Assembly: GCA_030141605.1 (NCBI GenBank)
Contig: JAQGDQ010000503.1
Coordinates: 70,703 to 134,702, forward strand
DNA length: 64,000 nt
Origin: Tubiluchus corallicola
Lineage: Eukaryota > Animalia > Priapulida
Direction of reading: 5' to 3'
Below, piece by piece: positions 1 through 13,240 of this stretch (the first letter of the stretch is position 1; each line of letters opens with the position of its first letter). Under the pieces are notes generated by a model. The model saw nothing but the letters and a program-made list of their open reading frames with translations, was not told where the DNA came from and searched no databases. Position numbers and translations under genes: made by a program.

Positions 1-20
1 TAGGGAGAGAGCTGATAGTG

Positions 21-158
21 GATATGTATATATGTATATATAGATGTATATATATGTATGTATATATGTATATATAGATGTATATATGTATATATAGATG
101 TATATATATGTATGTATATATGTATATATAGATGTATATATGTATATATATATATATG
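21..158. repeat. (TA)n-rich microsatellite
   Basis: Run of tatatatg/tatataga units. Confidence 0.95.
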
Positions 159-529
159 CATCAGTAACGTATTTTGATTCAAAGTTAACCAGCCCTACCG
201 TAGAGAACTTTCTTTATCAGGAAGAGAGGAGTAAAGGAAAGCTGTGTTAAATAATGATTTTGATTATATTTTGATATATATATATATATTACATAAATAA
301 ATATTAAGTACACAAGTAAAATATTTAATTCAACAATAATCAGCATGCAGCACTAAACACAAGAACACAAGAATAAATAGACTTTAACCAAATTCTTTTA
401 CTGGATGTATACACACCAAAAACGAAATGTAGTACTTGTCCCTGTTTGAGATGCTACTTGCCGACGTGAGATTGTGGGGAGGGTTTATAAAGACTTAAAA
501 TAATGTATAACTACTAAAATAAGCATAGC

Positions 530-604
530 GTCCCTACTTCGCGGAAATTCACTTATCGCTGGTCGGCCTGGAATAGAACAACCGCGATAAGTGAGGGAAC
601 ACTG
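530..604. mobile_element. Terminal fragment of a Tigger/pogo-like element
   Basis: Ends GAGGGAACACTG|TA; its reverse complement TA|CAGTGTTCCCTC also occurs at ~10910. Confidence 0.5.
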
Positions 605-1749
605 TACCGTGTTCGTGTCATGTATTGTATTAGTGTACTAGTGGAAGTAATACTGTGTCATATTACCTACATTATCACCTACATTATAAAATAGGTCAAT
701 GGCCGAGAACTTGCCATGAGTTCATCAATTATGTCAATTAATTTTAGTCAGTTAATACAACGTAATTGCTTCAATTAAAATGAATGCCAATAATAACTTT
801 AAACGGCAAGCTGCGCTGCACGTGACAGCGGCGTGTTTTCATTTTTTGTTTTGCTTTATTTTGGTATTTTTATTGAAATTCAAAACAAGTAATCATATCT
901 TTATCTTACATAATTATTAGATAGCCAAAGTCCGTACTTCAGTTATCTGGATGTTAAATAAATTAGCATTATTATTTTAATAAAAATAATACTATTTGAT
1001 TTTCATATTATATTAGTTCCACAGTAGATGGAGCTTGGTGTCATAATCTATTTTCATATTTTCTCCCTGTTCAGTCCCTGTTAGTCTGCAGACTGTACAT
1101 GAACAATGTCTATGTGGATAATTCCCTTATTAAACTGTGTTTTACATCACTGCCTCTGCATGTGATGTCAAATGTAAAACAACAGTTATGTTCACAAACT
1201 CGTCAGGTTTACCCCTCGTTGCTCACATTTTATAACACCTGTTCACAGATGTACATTTAACAGCAGTGATTCCAGAATTTCAATTTACAGATTGCGTACA
1301 TCATTACTATCATGCAGGTGGTGACTTGACATGGCGGTGATCAATAAAACTGGCTACCATTTTGCAAATTCTGCAAGTTTTGTAGGCTATCTGCGCAAGT
1401 GACGATGGCTAGGCATTACTAGGCTAATAATACAGTAATGAGTAAGTGAATATAAACATATTATCTACTGTTGCATACTTTTCTTTGTTGCAGACATTAT
1501 TTAGTTATTTCATTTTCGATTTTAATTTCTTACCCTACAAATTTGTGTTAGCAGTTGATTTTCTTATCCTACTTGAAAATTATATTACACAGTTTAATTA
1601 GCAGCGCTACAATTTTTTTTTGCACTTTTTACCTGAGAAGGGTAAGTGACTTGATTAGTAATTGGTCTTTCGCTACCCTTTCTCCTGCATCTCATAACTC
1701 TTTCCTTTAAGCATAATTTATCTCGATTAATTAATCACTATAGCAATAA

Positions 1750-2210
1750 TAGTCTATTTGTATTCTGGTGTTAATGCGGAGAGAAATAAAATGTCTGTGT
1801 CTTTGTCTATTGGAACTACGACGCTTTAAAAATGTAAAGTGTCCTGAACGTAAGCTTAACTAGTTAAAGCTTTCAGACGATCACGTGGTCAGCTAACTGA
1901 TGTATACAAATTATGTATCTGAAGTTTACAGATGATGATGATTGCCCTGTCAAATTAGGAGGACTTCGCACAGCAAGATCAGGTCCTATTCTTCATAAAG
2001 AAAGAACTGCACACAAAACTGGTGAATACGACTATTTTTCTTGTACGATGCTAGTGATCTAGAATAGATAGCCTTGAGATGTGAGAACAGCAATATGTGT
2101 AAATTCATTTAATCAAAATTAGATAGACACTATGAACATCATCCATTGAAATTTAATCACCGTGCTAATTGGAACATGCCTATAGAAAGGACGCTGGATT
2201 ACATATTATA
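1750..2210 (+). mobile_element. Highly decayed CR1-like LINE 3' end
   Basis: Broken translation RRSRGQLTDVYKL ... YFS ... VNSF..LDRH resembles the CR1 RT C-terminus (RRLRGDLIxxYK...FFS...VNSFK.xLD); many stops. Confidence 0.5.
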
Positions 2211-2334
2211 GTTAGAAAACTTGCCAGTGGAGTCACCTAGGTGTTGATGACAATCTATTGTATGTGCAATTTGTCGCAATTACAGTCGAAGAACTATTTG
2301 TCTCAAAACTTATAACTATAATTACTTGAGATCT

Positions 2335-2392
2335 AATACTACTGCTGCTGTTGCTGCTACTGCTGCTGCTACTACTACTACTACTGCTACTA
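2335..2392. repeat. (CTA/CTG)n microsatellite just downstream of the LRR-Ig gene stop
   Basis: Direct inspection. Confidence 0.9.
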
Positions 2393-2447
2393 TCAGCCTT
2401 TTCTCCACGAATGGTTCTTAATTGACTTCAGCTTCATGGATTAACCA

Positions 2448-5400
2448 CTAGGAATCCCCATCTGCGGACTTCTGGGCAGCCGATAATTCCATAAATGGAA
2501 GAAGAGGCTCCTCAACTGTGTAAGTTCCCCTGTGGAGGGACGTTGGCCCTCGTGACTTTCCCTGAGTAGCAGTTTTCCTCCTATCAGCAGATGTCATTTT
2601 TCCTGAATCTGCCACGGTGAACCTACGCCTGTCAAGAGGTGTTTCCTCTGGTGAACTTCCCAGGGTATAAGTTCTTCTCCTGCTACTTTGCGAAACCGCT
2701 TGATTATGAATGTTTCTGTCAGATCCACTATTATCTGGCAACTGCTTTACAGTGAAAGTACCTCTATTATGACCTGTCTTTTCAGTACCAGATGACTCAT
2801 TAACACGCCGTGTTTGTCTTTCTGATTGGTTACTCTGTGAAACGGCTTGATTATGAATGTTTCTGTTAGGTCCACTATTATCTGGCAACTCATTTACAGT
2901 GAAAGTACCTGTATTATGACCTGTCTTTTCAGTACCAGATAACTCATTAACACGCCGTGTTTGTCTTTCTGATTGGTTACTCTGTGAAGCAGGTTGATTA
3001 TGAATGTTTCTGTTAGATCCACTATTATCTGGCAGCTCGTTTAAGGTGAATGTATTTCTATCGTGATCTGCCTTTTCAGTACTGGGTGACTCATTAACAC
3101 GCCGTGTTTGTCCGTCTGATTGGTTACTCTGTGAAGCAGGTTGATTAAATAACAGAAATGCTTTAGCTGAAAATAAGAGCAAAATTACCTTTAGCAAGTA
3201 ACGCAACTTAAATGCACGTTAAATGAGATAAATTAACTATTCTAGAAGCTTATAATGCATACATGAACTTACCACAAAGAAGTACCAATGTCAGACAAAG
3301 CATTATTCCTAATACAGCCTGACACTCCATGAACTGATGTCAAGTACTGCACGACAGAGCCTGCTCTATACAAATGTTTGTAGCGGGACTGGGACCTCTG
3401 TGATTGCATAAAGCGTAATATTAATTGGGCTGCTGAACAAGCTCAAGTATTTTGACCAAAATCAGATTCGTATCGATCGTCCTCAACGAGTTAAATAGTC
3501 GTGGAGACTGTGGCAAATGAATGACACAAGAAGCAGTTTTTAGAGGGCCATGGTCACCCATCCAACCACTACCCAGGCTTAGTGTTAGTTAACCTAGTCG
3601 CCGAGAGCACAAAACTTTTGTATTTTACTTCTTTTTTTCTCTTAATTAGATAGGTTTTAAATAAATAAGCAATTAAAATAAGCAACGTGGTCAGTCCATT
3701 CATCATCATCATCTACTTTCTAGAACAGGTCGCATTCCACCGACCACCAGTTGAAGCCACGTGTTTGTGTACAAGCGCACCGCCCACAATACATCATCCA
3801 TCGAATCTAGAGATGTATTTCAATAAACGTCACCCTCTCGGTTTTCTTCCTGTTTCAAGAGTTTTAGGTAATACTTCGGGAAGAACAGATTCTTGAGGTG
3901 GTCGCAGAGCATGCCCACTCCAATACAATCTCCTTATTTAACTCGGTAACCGTAATGTGATAATATACCTGAGCAGACTAAGCAGATAAACTAAGCTAAT
4001 TTAAACTAACATGATATAATATCTTTTACTGATGCAATTGATAAGTCTACCTGGTGGTGTTTCAGCATCTTTGCTTGTGCACGTGGGTTCAACCTTTGCT
4101 GGAATATTAAAGTAGCCATTACATGCGTTATAATGAGCCGAGGAAAACGGTTAATTATTGGTACATTAAAATTAGTCAAGTCTAGTATCAACAAAAATCA
4201 ATAATTATTGTTGGTTCATGATAACAAGTACAAAAACTTATAATATACTCATGTAATTTATGATAAAACGAGGATAATTTTTAACAATTTCGGAATGTCC
4301 CATAAAGAAAACAGAGAATTACTACTGCGGGATATTTTGGCTTTGATACTTCACAACCTTCGGATTTTGCCTACAAAAGACAAGCATGTAGCATCGAATA
4401 ACAAAAGAACGTATTTCTGGCTATTGACATAATTCTTTTCACCCCCTAATCAGAAATCAACAGAAATAAGTAGCGGCTTCTTTACCTGTTGATTTCGACA
4501 TGAAAACGGATCCAAGTGATTCATCTGAAAAATTAACGAAGACGTTTCTGCATCAGTGTGTTATAAAAATCTCCAATCAGCAAACTACGAAACACCTTAC
4601 TATGCTACTACTATCTTCAGTCAACTGTGTGAATGTTATACTGACTAAAAATTCAGAGAAGGGAGGTTTTTACTTATATTTTATCTTATTTTATTCACAC
4701 CCAATACTAAAATACAGTCTAGAATGAAAACAGTATAATATAAAACACGTTGGCAAAAATCGCGGGTAAAAAATTTGTCAAAATCAACATCAACTTCTAT
4801 ATGAATAATTTGATAACATAAAGCAAAATCTTTTTGAATGCATCTCTCCTCTAAATACTTTAGATTTATTGTCTAGATTGTCTAGAATCTCAAGGATTTG
4901 GCATGTACATTAAATTACATCTATAAAACAGGCGTCGAGTACAGTAACGCTGTACACTTTCTATACGGTCTACATTACCCAATAAAGCTGGATTCCAGAC
5001 TGGTGAGCAATACTCCACACAATACTCCATGTGGAAGTATTATAACAGCAGTGTGATCCAGTGTTTACAGTAACCGACTTTGAGAAACATACAATTTCTA
5101 CTTCTGTACAGTGTATTCTCTATGGAGTTCTTAAATTTTAGAATACTAGTTAAGGTATAGCTATCGGAGATACATAATTATACATTAATACATGTGTAGA
5201 CATATTTACAATATGCATGTTTGCAATGTTCGCCAAACATGGACGAAATTGTCATATTTGTCAACAATGCGTGGGCGAAGTTGTTTTTACAGGTAAAACA
5301 TCTTATAGACCTAAATCAGGTAACTAATTTTTGCTCTTTTCATTCAACTATTGAGGTGAAACCGCTTTTATTTTACAATATTTAATTTGTGCTTTTAATA

Positions 5401-8400
5401 TTAAGCAGATAATGTAAATTTGATATCAGAAAACGCGTTTAATGTTGAAGACTTCTCTACTCACCTTCACTGAGCTTTTTGTACCTCTTATTCAGTGCAA
5501 AGATGAGACAGGGAATTACAGCAACTAGCAGCACTATTACAGCTGCCATTGGCTTGACAAGAATTTCTGAGAGAGTTTGTCTGTCTGAAATACAAATTGA
5601 CACGAATTAAAGAAGTAGACTCAAATCACACCTTCCTGAGCGAGAATAGAGGAGGTGCATCTAAGTACCCGCTGTCCACTCTTAGCGCCATTTCTAACTT
5701 TTGTTGCCAAAACATTTCCAAGACCTCTGAGGCAATCAACTGCGTTTTATATTTCAGTGTTAAATGTTAACATTTCTTTCTTATTCGTTATTTCTCGCTG
5801 ATATAAGATAAATAGCCAGATCTTGTCATACATACTATGGATTGGTGGAAGAATTTCCACTTGATGTCACATTCTAAGCAAAGAACTTTATTGAAATCAT
5901 TTGACACACTTTCGTTTAAGCGCTGTCAACTCACTTTTGTTCATTCTATGAACTAATCATCCAAACGTTTTAGATAATTATAAGTATCTGCTCTTTCATG
6001 CAAGTGAGTGATAGAAATATCTATGGGAGTTTCACTTGGATTTGGTAAAACGTTTTTATTAGAAGATGTGACTAATATTAATGTTTTCCTTTCATGTTAA
6101 ACCTCCATCTGCGAGTGTGAGCCATCGTAAATCAACAGGCCTGATGACTCATGGCCAATGACCTATTACCTCACTTCCAGCATTATAGCCTACACCAGCA
6201 GACACACATTTGATTGTCATTTTGATTAAACATTTAAAATAAATCAATTTTAAAATTTAAAACTTGAAACGTACCGCGTAAACGTGTATATGGTACTTCT
6301 CGAATTTCAATATTAGCATGACGAGTTTTCGTATCATTTCTGGTAATGACAGTCAACGTATGAAATCCGGCATCATCTATTTCCACCGAGTCTATGGTTA
6401 GCGTAGCTGTATAACAATTTGTTACATTAGCAGATGTTAGAAGTGATTGAACGCTACCACTAAAGCGGTCGTCGGCAATAGAGGGTGTTGTAATATCAAG
6501 ATTTCCATCATCCCACTCCCACACGACTTCGTCTATTTCATCCTCAGTGCAGAAATCCAAGGTAATGTTGATATCAATACCTTCATATGCAATAACTTCT
6601 TTTATTGTGTCTGTCATTATGAAACGAAACAATAATAATAGTACTAATAATATAATATAGTAAAGATATAATAATAAATGTTACTACTTTTTATAAAGAG
6701 AGTTTACTGCCGCAGTGTGTGTCCAAATTTAGTATTATGCGCCTGCAGTGGGTTTCTCGCTTGATTTTCCCGTTAAGCTGTTCCTTATTAATTTTGGGCC
6801 TCCTTTAGATGATCAATATTAATTATTTAGAATGTAGGATTACTGCAATTGACAATGGTAGGTCAAATATGCAAAAATGTTGTTCAGAGATTTAATAACC
6901 AATAATAATGAAGTTTTGTGAGCAGGATGTGTATAATACATAATTTGACAGAAAAAATTTCCATGTTTTATTCAAACCATAAAAGACTTAAATCACACTC
7001 ACATAAATTATTTCATTATATTTATTGGAAAAATTCAATGAAATTAAACTTTATTATAATGCTGGATCAGTTACGAAACCGATATTATACATGTTATAAA
7101 GAATTTTGAAAACTTTACCTAAACCAGTTTTTCATTTCAATGCAACACAAGAATTTTAATTAATCAAAAACGAGGTGTTTCATTGCAGGCCGTACAAGTC
7201 TTTGATGCTAAGACATTAGATCACGATTGTGAATGCTTTTTCGCTGTTAAAGCGTTATGATTGGTTAAATTGCAAGAACAAATTAAAAGTAAACAAAGTT
7301 TGCATTAATTAGTCATTTTCCCTTTGAAATTTTGGACACAGTCACTGCTATACCTGGATTCAACAGTTAAAAATGTAACAATCTTATTAGACCCAAGTTT
7401 ACCTTGTGGATCTGTTGATTCTTTCTCTGCTAAGTATGATGGCACTTCTATACATTCAGTAGAAAATTCGCTTAGTTCAATATCATTTACTTGCAGTGGA
7501 TAAGTACAGTCAATTCTGCTCTCTTTCCAACTTTCATTCTTTGACCATATTAGGTCACAGTCACATATAAAATTATTTCCTGGTAAAATTAAATTAAAAC
7601 CCTCAACAATTTTATCATAATTGTTACTCAGAGCATTAAGTTACTTACATAATTCTTAAACGAACAAAAAACTTGCTAAAATCATTATTTAAATAATATT
7701 TGATACATATTAGTCAAGATTTGAATATGATATTGTTTTCTAAATTGTTAAATGGTGTACACAGGGCTGCCGACAGTCATAATCAGCGTAATTAAATTTT
7801 TGTATCATTTTTTATCTAGAAATTATATTATTTACTGCTTGGCATAGAGTTCTAGATGATAAGTTTCCTTACCATTTAATAAAAGAGTTACATCTTCGGT
7901 TAATAGTACATCATGAAATTTCGGTTTTTGTAAACGTCTTAGGTTGTTGTTGACGATTTCGAGTAGTTTAAAATTTTGTAAATGTGACAAATCCAACTGT
8001 CCTACTTTCCACAAATTGCAGTTATCATGAATAATAACAGAATGAAGATTTAAAATGTTGCTAAAAGCTTCAGCACTTATACTTGTGAGTCTATGATTGC
8101 AGACTATGTTAAGTTGCTTTATGGAGCCACCTATAGCGTTTTTTCTGATGTATTTTAATTGCTTTGATGATTTGATTGTGACGTTATCAAAGTTTCCTTC
8201 CTCCAAGAATCTCTCAGGAAGTTCACTATCTTCATACCGGACTACAGCAAAATGATCCATTGACACTCCGTCTTGCAATAGATTTGACATTTCTGCTAGC
8301 TGGATTTTGCTAGGATTATAACAAGAAATGCCACATAAACCGTTCTTGAGCACCGTACCTAAACACACATCACTTGCAGACTCAGCAAAAGTGTCATTCA

Positions 8401-8509
8401 ATAACATTGAATCATTGCACAGAAGCTGGGAGAGGCAAATTTGTAACATGGAGAAAACGCAAATGATTGAATATACTATTCTCGTAGAATAAAATTTTTG
8501 GAGCATCAT
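2448..8509 (-). CDS. Five-exon single-pass LRR-LRRCT-Ig receptor (~662 aa); exons 8509-7873, 7579-7403, 6610-6275, 5584-5465, 3166-2448
   Basis: All four introns GT-AG, phase 1, and the joined frame stays open (1989 nt). Exon 1: hydrophobic leader, Cys cap, LRRs (LTSISAEAFSNILNLHSVIIHDN). Exon 2: LRRCT GNNFICDCDLIW. Exon 3: Ig-like (VVWEWD...ATLTIDSVEIDDAGFHTL). Exon 4: TM MAAVIVLLVAVIPCLIFAL then NKRYKK. Exon 5: S/T/R-rich tail. Confidence 0.85.
2690..3150 (-). repeat. 147-bp (49-aa) coding tandem repeat, ~3 copies, in the receptor tail
   Basis: tgatta anchor recurs at 2701, 2848, 2995, 3142; protein unit NQxxSQSNQSERQTRRVNExSGTEKTGHNxGTFTVxxLPDNSG. Confidence 0.92.
3700..3990 (-). mobile_element. 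RTE-like LINE 3' fragment (intronic)
   Basis: Minus translation RLYWSGHALR...GRKPRG matches the RTE RT C-terminus; ends in a (TGA)n tail. Confidence 0.6.
4770..5020 (-). mobile_element. LINE RT fragment (intronic)
   Basis: Minus translation VEYCSPVWNPALLGNVDRIESVQRYCTRRL, typical of the CR1/Jockey-group RT thumb. Confidence 0.65.
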
Positions 8510-9065
8510 CAGCAAATATAGAGTAATAAAATTATATGAAACTTCGCAAAGCTCAAAATAAAATGTTTATGCTATGCTATTGTTTTTATGTAGATTGTCT
8601 TTGGCACAGAGTTGGCTGGTCTATGAATTCTATTTATATTTTCAAATTTCGTTCTTGTGTCGTGCATGTATGCAGGACAATGTGATTTATGTTCCAAAGA
8701 GTTGGGGAAAGCTTTGTTAACATGTTTTATTATTATTACGAGAAAATGAAGTCTAGCAAAGCACGACAATTTCCTCAAAAACATTTTGAGCAAATTAAGA
8801 GAAGCACAATTATTTATCTGTAAATAATTTATAATGAGCAAACATTATACACATTGTTTTGTTGATGCAAAATTTAAATTAATCAAATCAGAAACGATTT
8901 AGTTCGCAGCATCTTATAGGCGGGACTGCTTCAACAATAATTGTTTGCTCTCATTAATTAAGTGAAGAGTAATGTCAGTTTTCATCTTCCTCAAGTTTGC
9001 GCAATTGTAGAAAATCTTGTTTCCACTGTTTGTAGTAACAATATGAGACTCGATTCCAATGAATG

Positions 9066-9450
9066 TGACGCAGTTACACCAGAACTTATAGTGCAGCACA
9101 ACCACGAATGAAGTATGATAGTTACGCAGATACACCAGAACTTAAAGTGCAGCACAACCACGAATGAAGTATGATAGTTACGCAGATACACCAGAACTTA
9201 AAGTGCAGCACAACCACGAATGAAGTATGATAGTTACGCAGATACACCAGAACTTAAAGTACAGCAAATGCATGAATGAAGTATGATAGTTACGCAGATA
9301 CATCAGAACTTAAAGTACAGCACATGCATGAATGAAGTATGATAGTTACGCAGATACACCAGAACTTAAAGTTTAGCAAATGCATGAATGAGTATGATAG
9401 TTACGCAAATACACCAGAACTTAAAGTGCAGCACAAGCACGAATGAAGTA
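9066..9450. repeat. 56-bp minisatellite, ~7 copies, ~550 bp upstream of the LRR-Ig gene
   Basis: gttacgcagatacaccagaactt recurs at 9121, 9177, 9233. Confidence 0.93.
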
Positions 9451-10499
9451 CACTACTTCTGCTCAGTTTCCCAAAGGTTTCACACTGTATAATTTGTAGC
9501 ATTCGTTTAGAATTGTTTATAATTAAATAATATACAAAAAATTTAGTTGTGTTGTTTAATGACTAGTAAAGCAAACAGACATAAAATATATGATTTGACT
9601 CCATCAATATGGTGTAGGCATCCTTTTCATTTCAGTATTTCTAGTATTCTGTATTCTGGATGTTTTCTAGTATTTCATTAAGTTCTACTTTTTTGATCGG
9701 CAGTTTTAACTGTTTTTTATTTGAAAATTAAAATAGCTTATAACAATTGTTTTCCAAATTTAACCATTATAAATGTATTTGTAGTTTTGTGCTTCTGTCA
9801 CATATCTCCAATTAGCTTTTTTGTTGTAGACCTTTTTAATTGTAGTTGCGATGGCTGATGGTTTAACAAAAGAGTTTTACAGGACATGTCATTGTGGTGG
9901 TCGTTGAAGAAAAGCAGAAATTCTAAAACAGCCTCTGGACTGCGTAAAGTTTGCGCTTTTTGACTACGCCTCGTGGTTTGGGTCTTAATCATATTTAGGT
10001 GTTTTTTGAGAATTTTGAATGTTTCCAAGTCGTTTGTATTGCTAAGCGGTAGGCGTAAGATTGAAATGGAAAAGCAGAAAGAGCTGTATAACGAAATCAA
10101 ACTTAAAATGCGGTGAGTTCTATTGACGAGCTGAAAGGGATTAGTTAGACTCGGTCATTCGATGTGAATGAAAACGTCAATTTGACGTTTCATTTCTTCA
10201 AAGTTCGATTGCAAGATTTGCAATAAAAGATAAAGTTATAAATAAAAAAGCAAGGGTGATTATCTTGTTGCCTAAAAAAAACTACAGTAGGCAAATAAGT
10301 TCTAATAAAAAGAGTTTGTTTACCCGTTGAACTATAGAGACTAGAGTACTGGCCATAACAAATTTCAGTCAGTTAAGTTTTCTGTCGTTTTATATTAAAC
10401 TAGTGTAGGTTTAAACGTTTTATCAATTTTTCAGCAATAATAATAATTTCTACAAGGTGTTCATTGAGTAATGGCACTCCCCTACTCATTGTGCCATTA

Positions 10500-13240
10500 G
10501 CAACAGCTTCACATTCGTCAAACAACCTATCAAATTATCTTCCAATTTCTCACCAGTATTCAAAATTTTTGAAAATATTATTTGGGCACTATTACACTTT
10601 CGCACCTCCTAGTTTTTTCTGGCCTATTGTTTGTTTTCATGTCTGCAGGCCAGAAAGCAGACCAACAGGCGTAATATATACCCTAGTCCCATAATATTAT
10701 TGGTTTTTAGGCCTTATAATTCCAGGTTAAAGTCATACATTACTTACTGTCACCAACACGCAAGAAGCTCCACGTGAATAACTGTGTTTACACCACTCAA
10801 GCGCAATCGCTCTCGCGCAGAGACGTATGTGGCCCTTAACCTGTATTTTTAGTTTCTTCGCATAATTTATGATTATTATGGTTGCAGCCACGGGAGTTTG
10901 TTTCGTAATACAGTGTTCCCTCGCTACTTCAAAAATATTAATGTAAAATATTTATCGCGGTATCTTCGCTGTTTCGATGGCATCAGAATAGTGGTAGTGA
11001 TGACGATAACGATAAAAATAACATTGCAATAATGGTGGTGATAATGAGTATATAAACCTAAAATGCCATTATAATCCTGTGCCAGTCATTGTCTTTTTTG
11101 TCAGACCCAGTGTACAGTCAGACTCAAGCTGGCATATACGAGGAAATTATTTTAGACGACTACAGTTATTTATTATTAATTTCATTTATTACTGTAGTAT
11201 TATTAGATTATAAAAGTAAAGGTTTTTTCTTTATTTCGTAAATGCGGTTAAGATAAAAGTGTGTCACGTGCCTTTTAAGCTAAGCCCTGATAATGCATAA
11301 ACTAGTACGAAATTCGTCACGTGACTACACACACAAACATGATGGCGATACGAACTGTATAGTGTAGAACTGTGAATACAACGTAATTATTGGTAATTAT
11401 ACACTAAATATATGAGTAAATTACCACGAGATTAGCGGAAACATTCACTGATGACGTGAGAATAATAGAATAATGACCAACGAGCCTAGAAACGAGTAAT
11501 AACCTAGAAAAAACCAGGAGGTGCGAAAGTGTAATAGCGCCTATTATTTGTAATCGCATTAACAATTTTCTCACTTCATGTAATATACTAACAAAATTTC
11601 AATTTGGTTTTCGCAAAACTTACTTCTCTTCGTTAGCTTACTTCCGAATTTGTTGAAAATATGCTTCTAAATTTAGACAAAGAACTTTTCACTTGTGCAA
11701 TATTCTTAGATTTATCTAAAGCTTTTGACACAGTCCAGCATGATATTCTACTACATAAATTACATTATTATGGCATCAGAGGCCCTGTCTTGGAACTTAA
11801 ATGTTACTTAACTAACTGACAACAGTTCACCACTATTAACAATACATACTCTGATGTGCTAGACGTAAACTGTGGTGTACCTCAAGACCTTTGGGCCGCT
11901 GCTTTTCCTGATCTATATCAATGACCTACCTCTTGCTACTAATTTTAACACTCGTCTTTTCGCTGATGATACAAGTCTCTTCCTCACATCTACTAACCTT
12001 TCAACTTTACAACATCGCACTAACATCAAACTAAAAAAGATTGATGACTGGATGAAAGCAAATAAATTAACTGTTAATTACACTAAAACTAAGTATATGT
12101 TAATCAGTAGGAACCTTTCACAACAAGACTCTTCCACTTTCGAACTCAAAATTGGCGACATAATTTTAACACAAAGTAGTAGTATAAAATACCTTGGGTT
12201 GCACATTGACAGCAGTATGAAGTGGTCTACCCACATATCCTCTACAGCAACAAAATTAAACCAAACAGCTGGCATTTTTGCAAAGTTAAGACATTTTATT
12301 AATTTGCATGTTTTGAAAATGATCTACCATGCATTAGTCTATCCGTACCTCCAATACTGTGTGTTGTCATGGTGGCAAACAAAAAAATACTTATTACAAT
12401 CACTATTAACAGTTCAGAATAAAATAGTTAAATACATGACTTTCGCCAATTACAGAGACCATGCAACACCATCGTACATACACCTTAGTTTATTGAAAAT
12501 AGAAGATATTTAGAATCTTGAATTATTTAAATTCATGTATAAGTGTAATACTGGCAGTTGCCTGAATTATATACTAACTACTTTACCTTAATCAAAGATG
12601 TTCACTCTCACTATACTAGGTATTCCAGTATGGGACACTATTTTCAAACACGATTTAACACAGCGTATGGCTTAAATACCTTACAGCACAATGGAGTTAT
12701 TTTGTGGAATAGTGTACCCAATACAATCATTTCCTCTCCTTCTTTAAAAATAGCTACCAAGCAATATAAGATATTTTTACTTAGTAAATATTCATTGGTT
12801 TAGAAAACCAGAGGTTTTTTCTCTTTTTTGTGCACGTGTTTCTTTTTGCACTAATGTTTTTCTTTTACTAATAGGTACCATTGCGACCTTTGTTACTTTA
12901 TTAGTAAAAGGTATAAATCAATTTAAATGAAATTATTCATTCATCGCAGCCTATATCAAAATTGTAATTACATATTATGTCTTCCTTTCTTAATGTTTTC
13001 CTTATGTTTCCTTGCTATTATTACATCATTTACTTTATTACATCAATTACAGTAAGTCATCTACAAAAGCACGCATAGCACTCATAACTATAATAATATT
13101 TTCATTAAAGCAAGGTGAGTGTGTTAATGACCGTATGGCCGTACACTCATCTCGCACTGCTCAAATCATTTTATTTATTGTTTATTAATGTGTACGATAT
13201 TGTATTTTGATGTGTGAAAATAAATTCATAGTTCATAGTT
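10500..13240 (+). mobile_element. 5'-truncated CR1/L2(Crack)-like LINE, interrupted by a MITE
   Basis: NYLPIS..KIFENII (10530-10583) resumes after the insertion as CNRI...[39 protein letters not shown]; frameshifts and stops; 3' UTR with stem-loop and (TTCATAG) tail. Confidence 0.9.
10585..11541. mobile_element. Non-autonomous TIR element (Merlin- or MULE-type) with 9-bp TSD
   Basis: ~36-bp TIRs GGCACTATTACACTTTCGCACCTCCT / AGGAGGTGCGAAAGTGTAATAGCGCC; TSD TATTATTTG at 10576-10584 and 11542-11550. Confidence 0.88.

Noticed and set aside
7354-7402. Alternative donor for receptor exon 2 at 7354
   Set aside because: It would be phase 2 and break the frame with the Ig exon; the donor at 7403 (AAG|gtaaac) is phase 1 and fits.
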